Shown here: one piece after another, positions 1 to 8,579 of the stretch
Numbering within the stretch: the stretch's first letter is position 1
How the letters are laid out: every line of letters starts with the position of its first letter
Source: Patescibacteria group bacterium
GTDB taxonomy: Bacteria; Patescibacteriota; Gracilibacteria; UBA4473
Assembly (NCBI GenBank): GCA_965660445.1
Contig: CBFIAK010000001.1
Span: forward strand, 64,001 to 128,000
DNA length: 64,000 bases
Direction: 5' to 3'
Notes under the pieces: generated by a model
Database searches by the model: none
Told to the model about the DNA's origin: nothing
Seen by the model: only the letters and a program-made list of their open reading frames with translations
Position numbers and translations under genes: made by a program

Positions 1-24
1 TTTCTCTTTAAGCCTTGTTATGTG
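1..24 (-). repeat. Partial attC-like site of cassette 2 (continues beyond the left window edge)
   Basis: Minus strand reads CACATAAC-AAGG at 24->13. It has the same AAC-AAGG start as the complete site at 730->719 and is complementary to GTTATGTG (654->647) that opens this cassette. Confidence 0.7.
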
Positions 25-91
25 GTTTTTCTGCAAGAAAAACTGCTGGAGAAAATCTTTGATTTTCGTAAGCACAGTATGACGGAGGACA

Positions 92-589
92 CTATCTACT
101 AGAATAAAAATCCTGTATTTCTTTCCAACTTCCATCAATCTTTTTTGCTAAAGAGTATCTTGAGATTCTATCTTTTCGACTAATTAATTCTTTTGAAGTT
201 CTATCAAATTGTGAAGATGATTTTGAAATTGTTAAATGTGGATTATAATTATCTTCAAAATATTGTTTTGCGATTACATCAAATTCTGAATCAGCATAAT
301 TTCTTACAACAGAAACAATTCCTTTATGCAATTGCAAAAGCTCATCAGAACGAGATAATTTTAACACTAAAGAATCTTTATCAAAATCATCGAAACCTAA
401 AGTTTCAAATTCAAAAGGATTAAAACTAATTTGAGAAAAATCAGTAACCAATTTATTTTCATGTTTAGGTTTCATATAGAAAAAACAAAGTGTAGAATGT
501 AAACCAGAACTTGGTAGAACTAAATTATTTTGTCTCGAAATTAAATTGGACAATTCTTCGTTTGGTCGAAAATAAGCAAGATACTTCAT
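92..589 (-). CDS. 2H phosphoesterase / 2'-5' RNA ligase family protein (cassette 2 gene)
   Basis: 165 aa with two HxT motifs (LHSTL, NPHLTI) about 85 aa apart. Confidence 0.75.
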   Translation of the reverse strand: MKYLAYFRPNEELSNLISRQNNLVLPSSGLHSTLCFFYMKPKHENKLVTDFSQISFNPFEFETLGFDDFDKDSLVLKLSRSDELLQLHKGIVSVVRNYADSEFDVIAKQYFEDNYNPHLTISKSSSQFDRTSKELISRKDRISRYSLAKKIDGSWKEIQDFYSSR

Positions 590-646
590 AAATTAAGGAA
601 AGAAATACAGTAATATAAATATTTGGATAGTGTTCGAGTAATATTG

Positions 647-730
647 CACATAACATCAGGATTTAACAAAGTTCGCGGAGCGAATTTGGGAAATTCCTGC
701 AAGGAATTTCTGTTAAATCCTTGTTAAATG
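647..730 (-). repeat. attC-like recombination site of cassette 1
   Basis: Minus strand reads CATTTAAC (RYYYAAC) A AGGATTTAACA ... TGTTAAATCCT GAT GTTATGTG. It forms an 11-bp perfect stem with two internal hairpins and lies 60 bp after the stop codon of the preceding gene. Confidence 0.75.
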
Positions 731-790
731 AGGGTGAGCGAAGCGAAAGGCTGCAAGCCGTCCCCGACTGACTGCAAGGAAGGAGAGTTT

Positions 791-1297
791 CTACAAACAA
801 ACGTCATCAGTCAAGAGAATTTGCTTTTTACCAAGAATATGTTTTAAACTATCAATTGCCGAATCATGATTATTTTTCCCATGTAAAGAATTACAAGCAT
901 CTTCAATTACAAAAGTTTCAATATTATTATCAAATAAATCCATCGCAGTTTTGATAATACAAACATCCGTGTAAATCCCAGTAAGATAAATTTTTGTAAT
1001 TTTATTAGTTTTAATGAATTCTTTTAATTCATTATTTAATACAGTATAAGTATTATGCTGAATGTTTATATTGTCTGATGTTTGTAATTCGGAAAATAGT
1101 TTTTGATCTTCTTTATTTTGAAATTTAGTCCAACTTAATTGTTTTTCAAATAAAGATTTTCCATCATTAACAAATGTTGGAAAAACTATTTTTCCATTAA
1201 ATGATTCTTTCAATTTTAAAAGATTCGGCAATATATTCTCAGATTCTTGGTATCTAAAACCTTCTTGCATATCAATTATTAAAAGCAAATTCTCCAT
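791..1297 (-). CDS. Isochorismatase-family cysteine hydrolase (cassette 1 gene)
   Basis: LLIIDMQEGF N-terminal Asp motif, GIYTDVCI catalytic Cys motif and IEDAC. Start taken at MENLL. Confidence 0.85.
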   Translation of the reverse strand: MENLLLIIDMQEGFRYQESENILPNLLKLKESFNGKIVFPTFVNDGKSLFEKQLSWTKFQNKEDQKLFSELQTSDNINIQHNTYTVLNNELKEFIKTNKITKIYLTGIYTDVCIIKTAMDLFDNNIETFVIEDACNSLHGKNNHDSAIDSLKHILGKKQILLTDDVCL

Positions 1298-1347
1298 AAT
1301 ATAAAACATAAATTACTTTGTATATAAAAGTTTGTTTGTAGAAATTT

Positions 1348-1372
1348 CATTTAACTCGTTTTTATCCAACCT
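1348..1372 (-). promoter_or_regulatory. attI-like site (first cassette boundary)
   Basis: Minus strand GGATAAAAACGA-GTTAAATG lies about 75 bp from the divergent integrase start. It resembles the attI1 simple site (TAAAACAAA-GTTRRRY). GTTAAATGA is the exact complement of TCATTTAAC ending cassette 1. Confidence 0.55.
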
Positions 1373-1431
1373 TTGTATTTCAAATATAGCAATTTCTTGT
1401 ATGTTATGCAAACTTTTATTATTCTTTGGAT

Positions 1432-2244
1432 ATGGAAAATATTTTGGACAAAACCGAACGAGTTTGGAAATTGAGAAACTACTCCCCAAAAACTCGCAAA
1501 GCATATCTGTTCTACATAAGAGAGTATATCAGTTTTTCTAAAGGAAAAGGAATTAAAGATAAACAAAAAGCGATTGAAGATTTTTTGCTTGATAAATACA
1601 ATCGTAAACAATCTCCGCAAACAGTTAATCTGGCACTCAATGCGGTAAAATTTCTGTACGCGGAAGTTTTGAAAGATCCACAAAAGATTGACTTGAAGTT
1701 TGCGAAGAGAGACAAGAAATTACCCATTGTTTTGTCTCATGCAGAAATTAAAGAAATTATCCAGGCGACTGAAAATGCAAAATACAAACTCATGATTTCG
1801 CTTGGCTATGCTTGCGGTCTGCGTGTGAGTGAAGTTATAAATCTACGTGTTGCAGATTTGGATATTGATGAACTCGTCGTACATATCAAAGGAGCAAAGG
1901 GGAAAAAAGACAGAATCAGTGTTTTGCCAGAAAAATTACAAAATGATTTGCGAAATATCATTGCAGGCAAAAGTAATAATGATTTTATCTTTGCCTCTAA
2001 TCGAGGAGGAAAACTCACAACAACGTCTTTACAAAAAATGTTCCGCAAAAGTTTAGCCAATACGAACATAAGAAAACCCGCTACCTTTCACTCATTGCGT
2101 CATTCATTCGCCACGCATTTACTCGAAAATGGAACCGATGTGAGATATGTGCAAGAACTGCTTGGGCATTCCAACATCCGCACCACACAAGTGTATACGC
2201 AAGTAACAAATCCAAAGTTAAAGAACATAAAAAGCCCTTTATAA
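1432..2244 (+). CDS. Tyrosine recombinase, integron-integrase-like (SAM-like N-terminal domain, no IntI-specific insertion)
   Basis: N-terminal RNYSPKTRKAY. Catalytic motifs GLRVSE, KGKKDR, HSLRHSFATHLL and LLGH...TTQVY. Divergent from the cassette genes. Confidence 0.9.
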   Translation: MENILDKTERVWKLRNYSPKTRKAYLFYIREYISFSKGKGIKDKQKAIEDFLLDKYNRKQSPQTVNLALNAVKFLYAEVLKDPQKIDLKFAKRDKKLPIVLSHAEIKEIIQATENAKYKLMISLGYACGLRVSEVINLRVADLDIDELVVHIKGAKGKKDRISVLPEKLQNDLRNIIAGKSNNDFIFASNRGGKLTTTSLQKMFRKSLANTNIRKPATFHSLRHSFATHLLENGTDVRYVQELLGHSNIRTTQVYTQVTNPKLKNIKSPL

Positions 2245-2402
2245 ATATTTTTAAAACTGCCCTTATCGCACATACCTCATAGGAAGCAAAAACTCCTACC
2301 CATGCGACGACTTTGAAGGCTTTATCAACGCTAAATACCCCAAATGTCCCAATGCCCCATCCACCATAGTGGAAAGGAACCAGGTGCCATTAGTGCGTTG
2401 TC

Positions 2403-2493
2403 TGGCGGAGAGAGAGGGATTCGAACCCTCGGTTCCGGAAAACGGAACACACGCTTTCCAAGCGTGCGCATTCGACCACTCTGCCATCTCTCC
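2403..2493 (-). tRNA. tRNA-Ser(GGA)
   Basis: GGAGAGA acceptor stem, CACGC-TTGGAAA-GCGTG anticodon arm, long variable arm, GGTTCGAATCC T-arm and encoded CCA. Confidence 0.97.
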
Positions 2494-2587
2494 TTTTCAT
2501 CGCATTGGCGGTATCCTATCACAAACGTTCCTTCATTCAAGCAAAAAAAGTTGAAAAAAATCCGAAAAACTCCCACAATCAAAACAC

Positions 2588-3616
2588 ATGAATCGATTAT
2601 TCTGGCTATCAAGTCTCTTTTTATGCACCGTCGCATGGGCATCTCCCATGCCTTATAAGGCGTCATTACAGTCATATACCAATCAAAGAATCCCTCAAAA
2701 TGCAGTTGGGGCGCATATAGCCACGCTTCATATACAGGCTCATGAAGACATTGCTGTTTCTGAAATCCATGTATGGGCGAAAGGACTCGTCACCAGTGAC
2801 GATTTTGAAAATGCATGGATCGAAACGAGTACTCAAGTTTCAAGCTTTCAATCGCCTTTTTTTAATGATAACACCAGTCATATACGGTTTCGAGACCCTA
2901 TTTATATCTCAAAAAACGAAGAAATAAGTTTTGATATATTTTTAAGTCTGCGCCAGAACATTGCGAATCGAAATTTTTCACTTGATGTCCAAAACATAGT
3001 ACTTGAAAACAAAAACCACAAAACAACGCCTATCACTTTACTCGAAACACAGCAAACAACTATTTCTGGATTCGAAGCACCTGAAATAAAAATCATACCG
3101 CTTGGTTCAGATACCGTAATTCCCATGGGACGCACACGAGAACTTGCACGGTTTCAAATACAAAACACAAACGCAACACCTATAAATCTTAAAAACATTC
3201 AACTCGAAAACATTGGTACGGCGAACTTGCATGAGAGTTTTTCTTCTCTCAGTCTTATACATCAAAACACCGTACTCGCAAACGCATCACCACAACAAAA
3301 TGAAACGATTACTTGGGAAATTCCTTCGTTTGTTATCGAAAGAAACCAATCGGCAACATTCCAAGTCAGCGGACAACTTCTCTACGCACAAGACGGAAAA
3401 ACTCTCCAGTTTCAAATCAAAAACGCTACTGATATAAAAACAAAACACAATGATCAGTCTTCATATGCTCGTATTATCTCATCATTACCCGTTTCACTCT
3501 CTACTCATACACTTCGCGGAGGCGGACTATTTACACGCCCATATAGACACAAATATTCTGGATTGCGTCGATCAGGAATCGAAATAAAAAACCCGTGGTA
3601 TTTTCGCAATCACTAA
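2588..3616 (+). CDS. Hypothetical secreted protein (predicted beta-rich surface protein)
   Basis: 342 aa ORF with an N-terminal signal peptide (AWA cleavage-like). No recognised catalytic motif. Confidence 0.6.
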   Translation: MNRLFWLSSLFLCTVAWASPMPYKASLQSYTNQRIPQNAVGAHIATLHIQAHEDIAVSEIHVWAKGLVTSDDFENAWIETSTQVSSFQSPFFNDNTSHIRFRDPIYISKNEEISFDIFLSLRQNIANRNFSLDVQNIVLENKNHKTTPITLLETQQTTISGFEAPEIKIIPLGSDTVIPMGRTRELARFQIQNTNATPINLKNIQLENIGTANLHESFSSLSLIHQNTVLANASPQQNETITWEIPSFVIERNQSATFQVSGQLLYAQDGKTLQFQIKNATDIKTKHNDQSSYARIISSLPVSLSTHTLRGGGLFTRPYRHKYSGLRRSGIEIKNPWYFRNH

Positions 3617-3818
3617 AGAACAGAAAAACCCGCAAAACAAAGCAAAAAAATTTGACTTATTCTGTATCACAATTATTATCGCCCCCGATTATAGTTTGTA
3701 TACAAATCTTGTGTTTTTCTTTCCATGCAAAAAAAACTTCTCCAATAAAGCATTACTGATCTTGTTTGGTAAAGCTCTATAAGAGTGTTTATTTTTATTT
3801 TTTCACCCTTCTTGTTCT

Positions 3819-6800
3819 ATGGTTGCCGTACAAAAATTCAATTTTCCAGCAAAACTTTCTCCTGTAAAAAAAGAAGGAGAACGATATTTTTTCACGTCTG
3901 ATATCGGAGATGGGTTTGAGTTCCCAGATCTTATTCAAGTACAAACCAATTCTTATGACTGGTTTTTAGGAGAAGGACTTCAAGAACTCATTGATTCTAT
4001 AAATCCTATTGAAGACGCAACAGGAAAAAAACTAAAACTAGAAATAAAAAGTTACGACATTGAACCTCCTAAATACGATTTAGATACGTGTCATAAAAAA
4101 GGATTGTCATATGAATCAATCATTCGAGCACAAGTAGCGCTCACCAATCTTGAAACTGGAGAAATCAAGGAACAAGAAGTTTATTTTGGACAAATTCCAC
4201 AAATAACAGATCAAGGAACATTTATTATTAATGGGATTGAACGGATTATTGTTTCTCAAATTGTACGAAGCCCTGGAGCGTTTTTTGCAGAAATGCAAAA
4301 CATGCCAAATGCATTTACAGCAAAACTGATTCCAAAACGAGGAGCATGGATTGAAATTGAAACTGACAAAAGAGGTCTTATTTGGGTGAAAGTCGACCGA
4401 AAACGAAAAATACCAGTGACCATGTTTTTGCGAACATTCGGGTATGATACGGATAAAAAAATTCTAGACTTGTTTAAAAATGAAACAAAAGGACTCACTG
4501 AAAACCCAATTTTAAAAACACTTGAGAAAGACGAAGCAACAACTGAAAAAGAAGCATGGCAAGGAGTTTATAAACGAATTCGTCCAGGAGATTTAGCAAC
4601 ACCTGAAAACGCTAAAGTGTTTTTAGATGATATGTTTTTAAATTTTCGAAAATACGATTTAGGACCTATTGCGCGATACAAAATCAATAAAAAGTTTGAT
4701 TTAAAAACGCCAAACACTCCAGAAGGCCGCACTTTTCAATTAGAAGACTTTATTGAAATGGTACGTGAAATTATACGACTCAATAACGGATCAGGACAAG
4801 GTCCTGACGATATTGATCATTTAGCGAATCGACGTATCCGAGGGGTAGGAGAACTCGTACAAAACAAGTTTCGAATCGGATTGCTTCGAACAGAACGTAT
4901 TATTCGAGACCGAATGTCTATTGTCGATCTCGAAACCGTGACTCCAACTCAAATTGTAAACTGCAGACCAATCACAGCTGCAATGCATGAGTTCTTTGCA
5001 TCTGCACAACTTTCGCAATTCATGGATCAAACAAATCCTTTAGCCGAACTTGAACACAAACGACGAATTTCAGCTATGGGTCCAGGGGGGCTTTCACGAG
5101 AACGAGCATCATTTGAAGTACGTGACGTACACCCATCTCAATACGGGCGTATTTGTCCGGTCACAACACCAGAAGGTCCGAATATCGGACTCGTATTACA
5201 CTTAGCATCGTATGCAAAAGTGAATGAATATGGGTTTTTAGAAACTCCATATCGAACAGTCTCTCATGTAATTGCAAATGATGGAACTGCTGTCATAGGA
5301 CGAAGAGTAAAAGAAGAAATCCTTGATGGAAAAAAAGTTATTATCTCAAAAGACCAAATCTGCACAAAAGAACAAGCAGAAGCCATCAAGAAAATAAAAG
5401 ACAAAAAAGAAATTAAAGTACAGGCTTATATCACAGATGAAGTACAATATTATGACCCAGATGCTGAACGAAAAATGTGTATTGCACAAGCGAACACCAT
5501 TTTAAACGACAGAGGAGAATTTACGAAAAGTTTTATTTCTGCTCGTAAAAACTATGAACCTGGAACCTATGATGAATCGATGGTGACACATATTGATATT
5601 TCTCCAAAACAGATTGTGTCTCTTTCTACATCACTTATTTCATTCCTTGAACACGACGACAATACTCGTGCATTGATGGGATCAAACATGCAACGACAAG
5701 CAGTTCCTCTTATTATGCCAGATTCCCCTATTGTTGGAACAGGAATGGAAAAGATCACATCACGAGACCAATGTATTCGAGCTGAAGAAGATGGAGAAAT
5801 TAAGTATGCTGATGCGAATGAAATCGTATTTGTCAGCAAATCAGGAAAAAAGAAAACATATTCACTCAAAACATTTTATCGATCAAACCAATCGACTTGT
5901 ATCACACAGAAAACAAAAGTAGTGAGTAAACAAAAAGTAAAAAAAGGTGATGTCTTAGCTGATGGAGCTTCTGTAGAAAACGGAGAGCTTGCCATTGGGC
6001 AAAACTTGATCGTTGCGTACATGTCATGGAGTGGGTACAACTACGAAGATGCGATTATTATTTCTGAACGGTTAGTAAAAGAAGGGTCATACAATTCTAT
6101 TCATATTGAAAAATATGAACTCGATGTTCGTGACACAAAACTTGGGCCCGAAGAACTCACTGCAGACATTCCAAACGTAGCAGCCGCAAAACTCAAAGAC
6201 TTAGACGAAAATGGATTGGTTCGTATTGGATCAACGGTTCTGGCAGGAGATATTCTTGCCGGAAAAGTGACTCCGAAAGGAGAAAGTGAATTAACCGCTG
6301 AAGATCGATTATTAAGAGCTATTTTTGGAGAAAAAGCAAACGATGTAAAAGATTCTTCTCTTCGGCTTCCACGAGGATCTGGAGGGAAAGTGATTGACGT
6401 AAATATACTTGATCGATCACAAGGTGACGATTTACCAAATGGAGTATTGAAACGAATTCAGATTTTAGTAGCACAGCTACGACATTTAGAAGCAGGAGAC
6501 AAAATGGCAGGACGACACGGGAACAAAGGAGTTATTTCTCGAGTTGTACCAATTGAAGATATGCCACATATGGAAGACGGAACGCCAGTTGATATTATTC
6601 TTAATCCTCTTGGGGTATCGTCTCGTATGAACATTGGACAAATTCTCGAAACACATTTAGGAATGGCAGCCTATAAGATGGGTATAAAAGTAGCAACTCC
6701 AGTACTGAATGGAATCTCGTTAGACAAAATACAAGAGTTCCTCAAAGCAAACAATTTACCGGAAGACGGAAAGTTCCAACTCTATGACGGACGAAGTGGA

Positions 6801-7466
6801 GAAGCGTTTAAAAACCGAACAGTGGTAGGGATTGCCTATATGGTAAAATTAAGTCACTTGGTGGAAGACAAAATGCATGCTCGGTCTGTTGGACCATACT
6901 CATTAGTAACCCAACAACCGTTTGGAGGGAAAGCACAAAACGGAGGTCAGCGGTTAGGAGAAATGGAAGTTTGGGCACTCGAAGCATACGGAGCAGCACA
7001 CACACTTCAAGAAATGTTAACTATCAAATCCGATGATGTACATGGGCGAGGAAAAGCGTATGAAGCAATTGTAAAAGGTGAACCAATCGAACTTATTTCT
7101 ATTCCTGAATCGTTCAACGTGCTTATTAAAGAGCTTCAAGCATTAGGACTCAAAGTAGAACTCTTAAAAGACGGACAAGAAGTAAACGATAAGATTATTC
7201 AGTCACTTGATCCAAAAGAAGACCAGAAACGACAAGAGTATGAAAACGAAAAACTCAAATCTGAAAAAAGTTTATTAGAAGAATCAGAAGATTTTCAAGA
7301 AGTAGCCGATGAAGACGATGTTATCGCTCATGAAGCAGGACTCGGAATTTCATTAAGTGATGAAGAAACGGGAGTCGATGACGATGACGATGACGATGAC
7401 GATCGCCCACAAGATGAGAATGAAGATGGATTTGACGATGACGACGATATTCGAGAAGACAACTAA
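3819..7466 (+). CDS. rpoB: DNA-directed RNA polymerase subunit beta
   Basis: Conserved motifs SQFMDQTNPL, TPEGPNIGL, GDKMAGRHGNKG and GGQRLGEMEVWALEAYG. Acidic C-terminal tail. Confidence 0.99.
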   Translation: MVAVQKFNFPAKLSPVKKEGERYFFTSDIGDGFEFPDLIQVQTNSYDWFLGEGLQELIDSINPIEDATGKKLKLEIKSYDIEPPKYDLDTCHKKGLSYESIIRAQVALTNLETGEIKEQEVYFGQIPQITDQGTFIINGIERIIVSQIVRSPGAFFAEMQNMPNAFTAKLIPKRGAWIEIETDKRGLIWVKVDRKRKIPVTMFLRTFGYDTDKKILDLFKNETKGLTENPILKTLEKDEATTEKEAWQGVYKRIRPGDLATPENAKVFLDDMFLNFRKYDLGPIARYKINKKFDLKTPNTPEGRTFQLEDFIEMVREIIRLNNGSGQGPDDIDHLANRRIRGVGELVQNKFRIGLLRTERIIRDRMSIVDLETVTPTQIVNCRPITAAMHEFFASAQLSQFMDQTNPLAELEHKRRISAMGPGGLSRERASFEVRDVHPSQYGRICPVTTPEGPNIGLVLHLASYAKVNEYGFLETPYRTVSHVIANDGTAVIGRRVKEEILDGKKVIISKDQICTKEQAEAIKKIKDKKEIKVQAYITDEVQYYDPDAERKMCIAQANTILNDRGEFTKSFISARKNYEPGTYDESMVTHIDISPKQIVSLSTSLISFLEHDDNTRALMGSNMQRQAVPLIMPDSPIVGTGMEKITSRDQCIRAEEDGEIKYADANEIVFVSKSGKKKTYSLKTFYRSNQSTCITQKTKVVSKQKVKKGDVLADGASVENGELAIGQNLIVAYMSWSGYNYEDAIIISERLVKEGSYNSIHIEKYELDVRDTKLGPEELTADIPNVAAAKLKDLDENGLVRIGSTVLAGDILAGKVTPKGESELTAEDRLLRAIFGEKANDVKDSSLRLPRGSGGKVIDVNILDRSQGDDLPNGVLKRIQILVAQLRHLEAGDKMAGRHGNKGVISRVVPIEDMPHMEDGTPVDIILNPLGVSSRMNIGQILETHLGMAAYKMGIKVATPVLNGISLDKIQEFLKANNLPEDGKFQLYDGRSGEAFKNRTVVGIAYMVKLSHLVEDKMHARSVGPYSLVTQQPFGGKAQNGGQRLGEMEVWALEAYGAAHTLQEMLTIKSDDVHGRGKAYEAIVKGEPIELISIPESFNVLIKELQALGLKVELLKDGQEVNDKIIQSLDPKEDQKRQEYENEKLKSEKSLLEESEDFQEVADEDDVIAHEAGLGISLSDEETGVDDDDDDDDDRPQDENEDGFDDDDDIREDN

Positions 7467-7478
7467 AGAAAAAAAATC

Positions 7479-7510
7479 AAAAGGCAGAAACTTATTATTT
7501 CTGCCTTTTT
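7479..7510 (+). terminator. Intrinsic terminator-like hairpin after rpoB
   Basis: AAAAGGCAGAAA-loop-TTTCTGCCTTTTT. Confidence 0.7.
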
Positions 7511-7512
7511 AA

Positions 7513-7587
7513 GCACGTATCGTATAATGGCTATTATACGGCCTTGCCAAGGCTGAGACACGGGTTCGACTCCCGTTACGTGCTCCA
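7513..7587 (+). tRNA. tRNA-Gly(GCC)
   Basis: GCACGTA/TACGTGC acceptor stem, CGGCC-TTGCCAA-GGCTG anticodon arm, GGTTCGACTCC T-arm and CCA. Confidence 0.95.
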
Positions 7588-7813
7588 CAGTTGAATTTGA
7601 GATAAGCAAGGAGCGAAGTGACGCAGTCGAATCCAAAGATACGGTGTCCCAAATACATCGGGACTATTTCAAGTACGTCATCATCCTAGAAGCGACAAGC
7701 GAAGCGAGTCGGAAATGGAATGTTGTCGGAACAAAGAAAAATAAACATAAAAATTAAAAAACAAGTTTCCATGGAAAAAGAAAAAGATTAATATACGATT
7801 AAGAAAAAAACTC

Positions 7814-8533
7814 ATGGAAATAATAACACTTGTTGTATTCACTTTTATTGCATCGGCAATTGGTACAACGACAAGTTTTGGGACATCAACATTTATGGTT
7901 CCTGTTCTCGGTTTTTTTTACCCACTTCCCATCACATTACTATTTAGTGGTATTATCCATTGGCTTGGGAATCTTTGGAAAATGCATTTTTTCCGTTCGG
8001 GAGCCCAAACAAAACTTATTCTTTTATTTGGTATCCCCGGAATCATAACGAGTTATTTGGGAGCGCAACTCATTCCTGATATTTCAGAAGTATTACTATC
8101 GCGATCACTCGGAATATTTTTTATACTCTATGTTCTTTTTTTGTTCAAACACAAAAACTGGAAAATAATCGCCAATACACCAAGTGCTTTGATTGGAGGA
8201 GTTTTATCGGGGTTTAGCTCTGGTATATTTGGAGTAGGTGGTGCTATTCGAGCGGCGTTTCTCTCTGCATACGATTTAAAAAAAGTAAGCTTCATTTTTA
8301 CGGCAGGAGCGATTGGAGTCTTTATTGACACAGGAAGAATAACAAAATACATGCTTGACGGAGTAACACTCGAAAACAATTTACTCATTGCTCTGGCATT
8401 CGCTATTCCTGCTTCATTTCTTGGTGGATATGCTGGTCGAAAAATAAACGACAAAATTCCTCAAGAAAAATTTCGAAACGTTATTGCATTTGCATTATTA
8501 CTTATGGCTTTTAAATATATTTTTTGGCCATAA
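7814..8533 (+). CDS. TSUP / TauE-SafE family membrane transporter
   Basis: 239 aa with about 8 hydrophobic segments. Shows the duplicated G-rich motifs (IGTTTSFGTS; SGIFGVGG) typical of the family. Confidence 0.8.
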   Translation: MEIITLVVFTFIASAIGTTTSFGTSTFMVPVLGFFYPLPITLLFSGIIHWLGNLWKMHFFRSGAQTKLILLFGIPGIITSYLGAQLIPDISEVLLSRSLGIFFILYVLFLFKHKNWKIIANTPSALIGGVLSGFSSGIFGVGGAIRAAFLSAYDLKKVSFIFTAGAIGVFIDTGRITKYMLDGVTLENNLLIALAFAIPASFLGGYAGRKINDKIPQEKFRNVIAFALLLMAFKYIFWP

Positions 8534-8579
8534 GGATATATTCAAAACCAAAAATAAAAACTTAATATAATTTCCAATT

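Larger units (their letters stand above)
1..2244. mobile_element. Integron-like element (integrase + attI-like site + at least 2 cassettes)
   Basis: Divergent integrase, co-oriented single-gene units separated by attC-like palindromes, and reciprocal core-site complementarity. Confidence 0.7.

Noticed and set aside
1348-1409. A full attC between GCATAAC (1409->1403) and GTTAAATG
   Set aside because: There is no convincing internal stem and the cores are not complementary. It is treated as attI-like instead.
1432-2244. Housekeeping XerC/XerD call for the recombinase
   Set aside because: The N-terminus is of the integron/phage SAM-like type and the flanking cassette architecture argues for another role. 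No gene symbol was assigned.
2296-2675. Short ORFs overlapping tRNA-Ser (likewise 49149-49430 over tRNA-Gln)
   Set aside because: Spurious frames across tRNA genes.
7377-7404. GATGAC microsatellite as a phase-variation tract
   Set aside because: In-frame Asp codons of the rpoB acidic tail; changes in unit number would not shift the frame.
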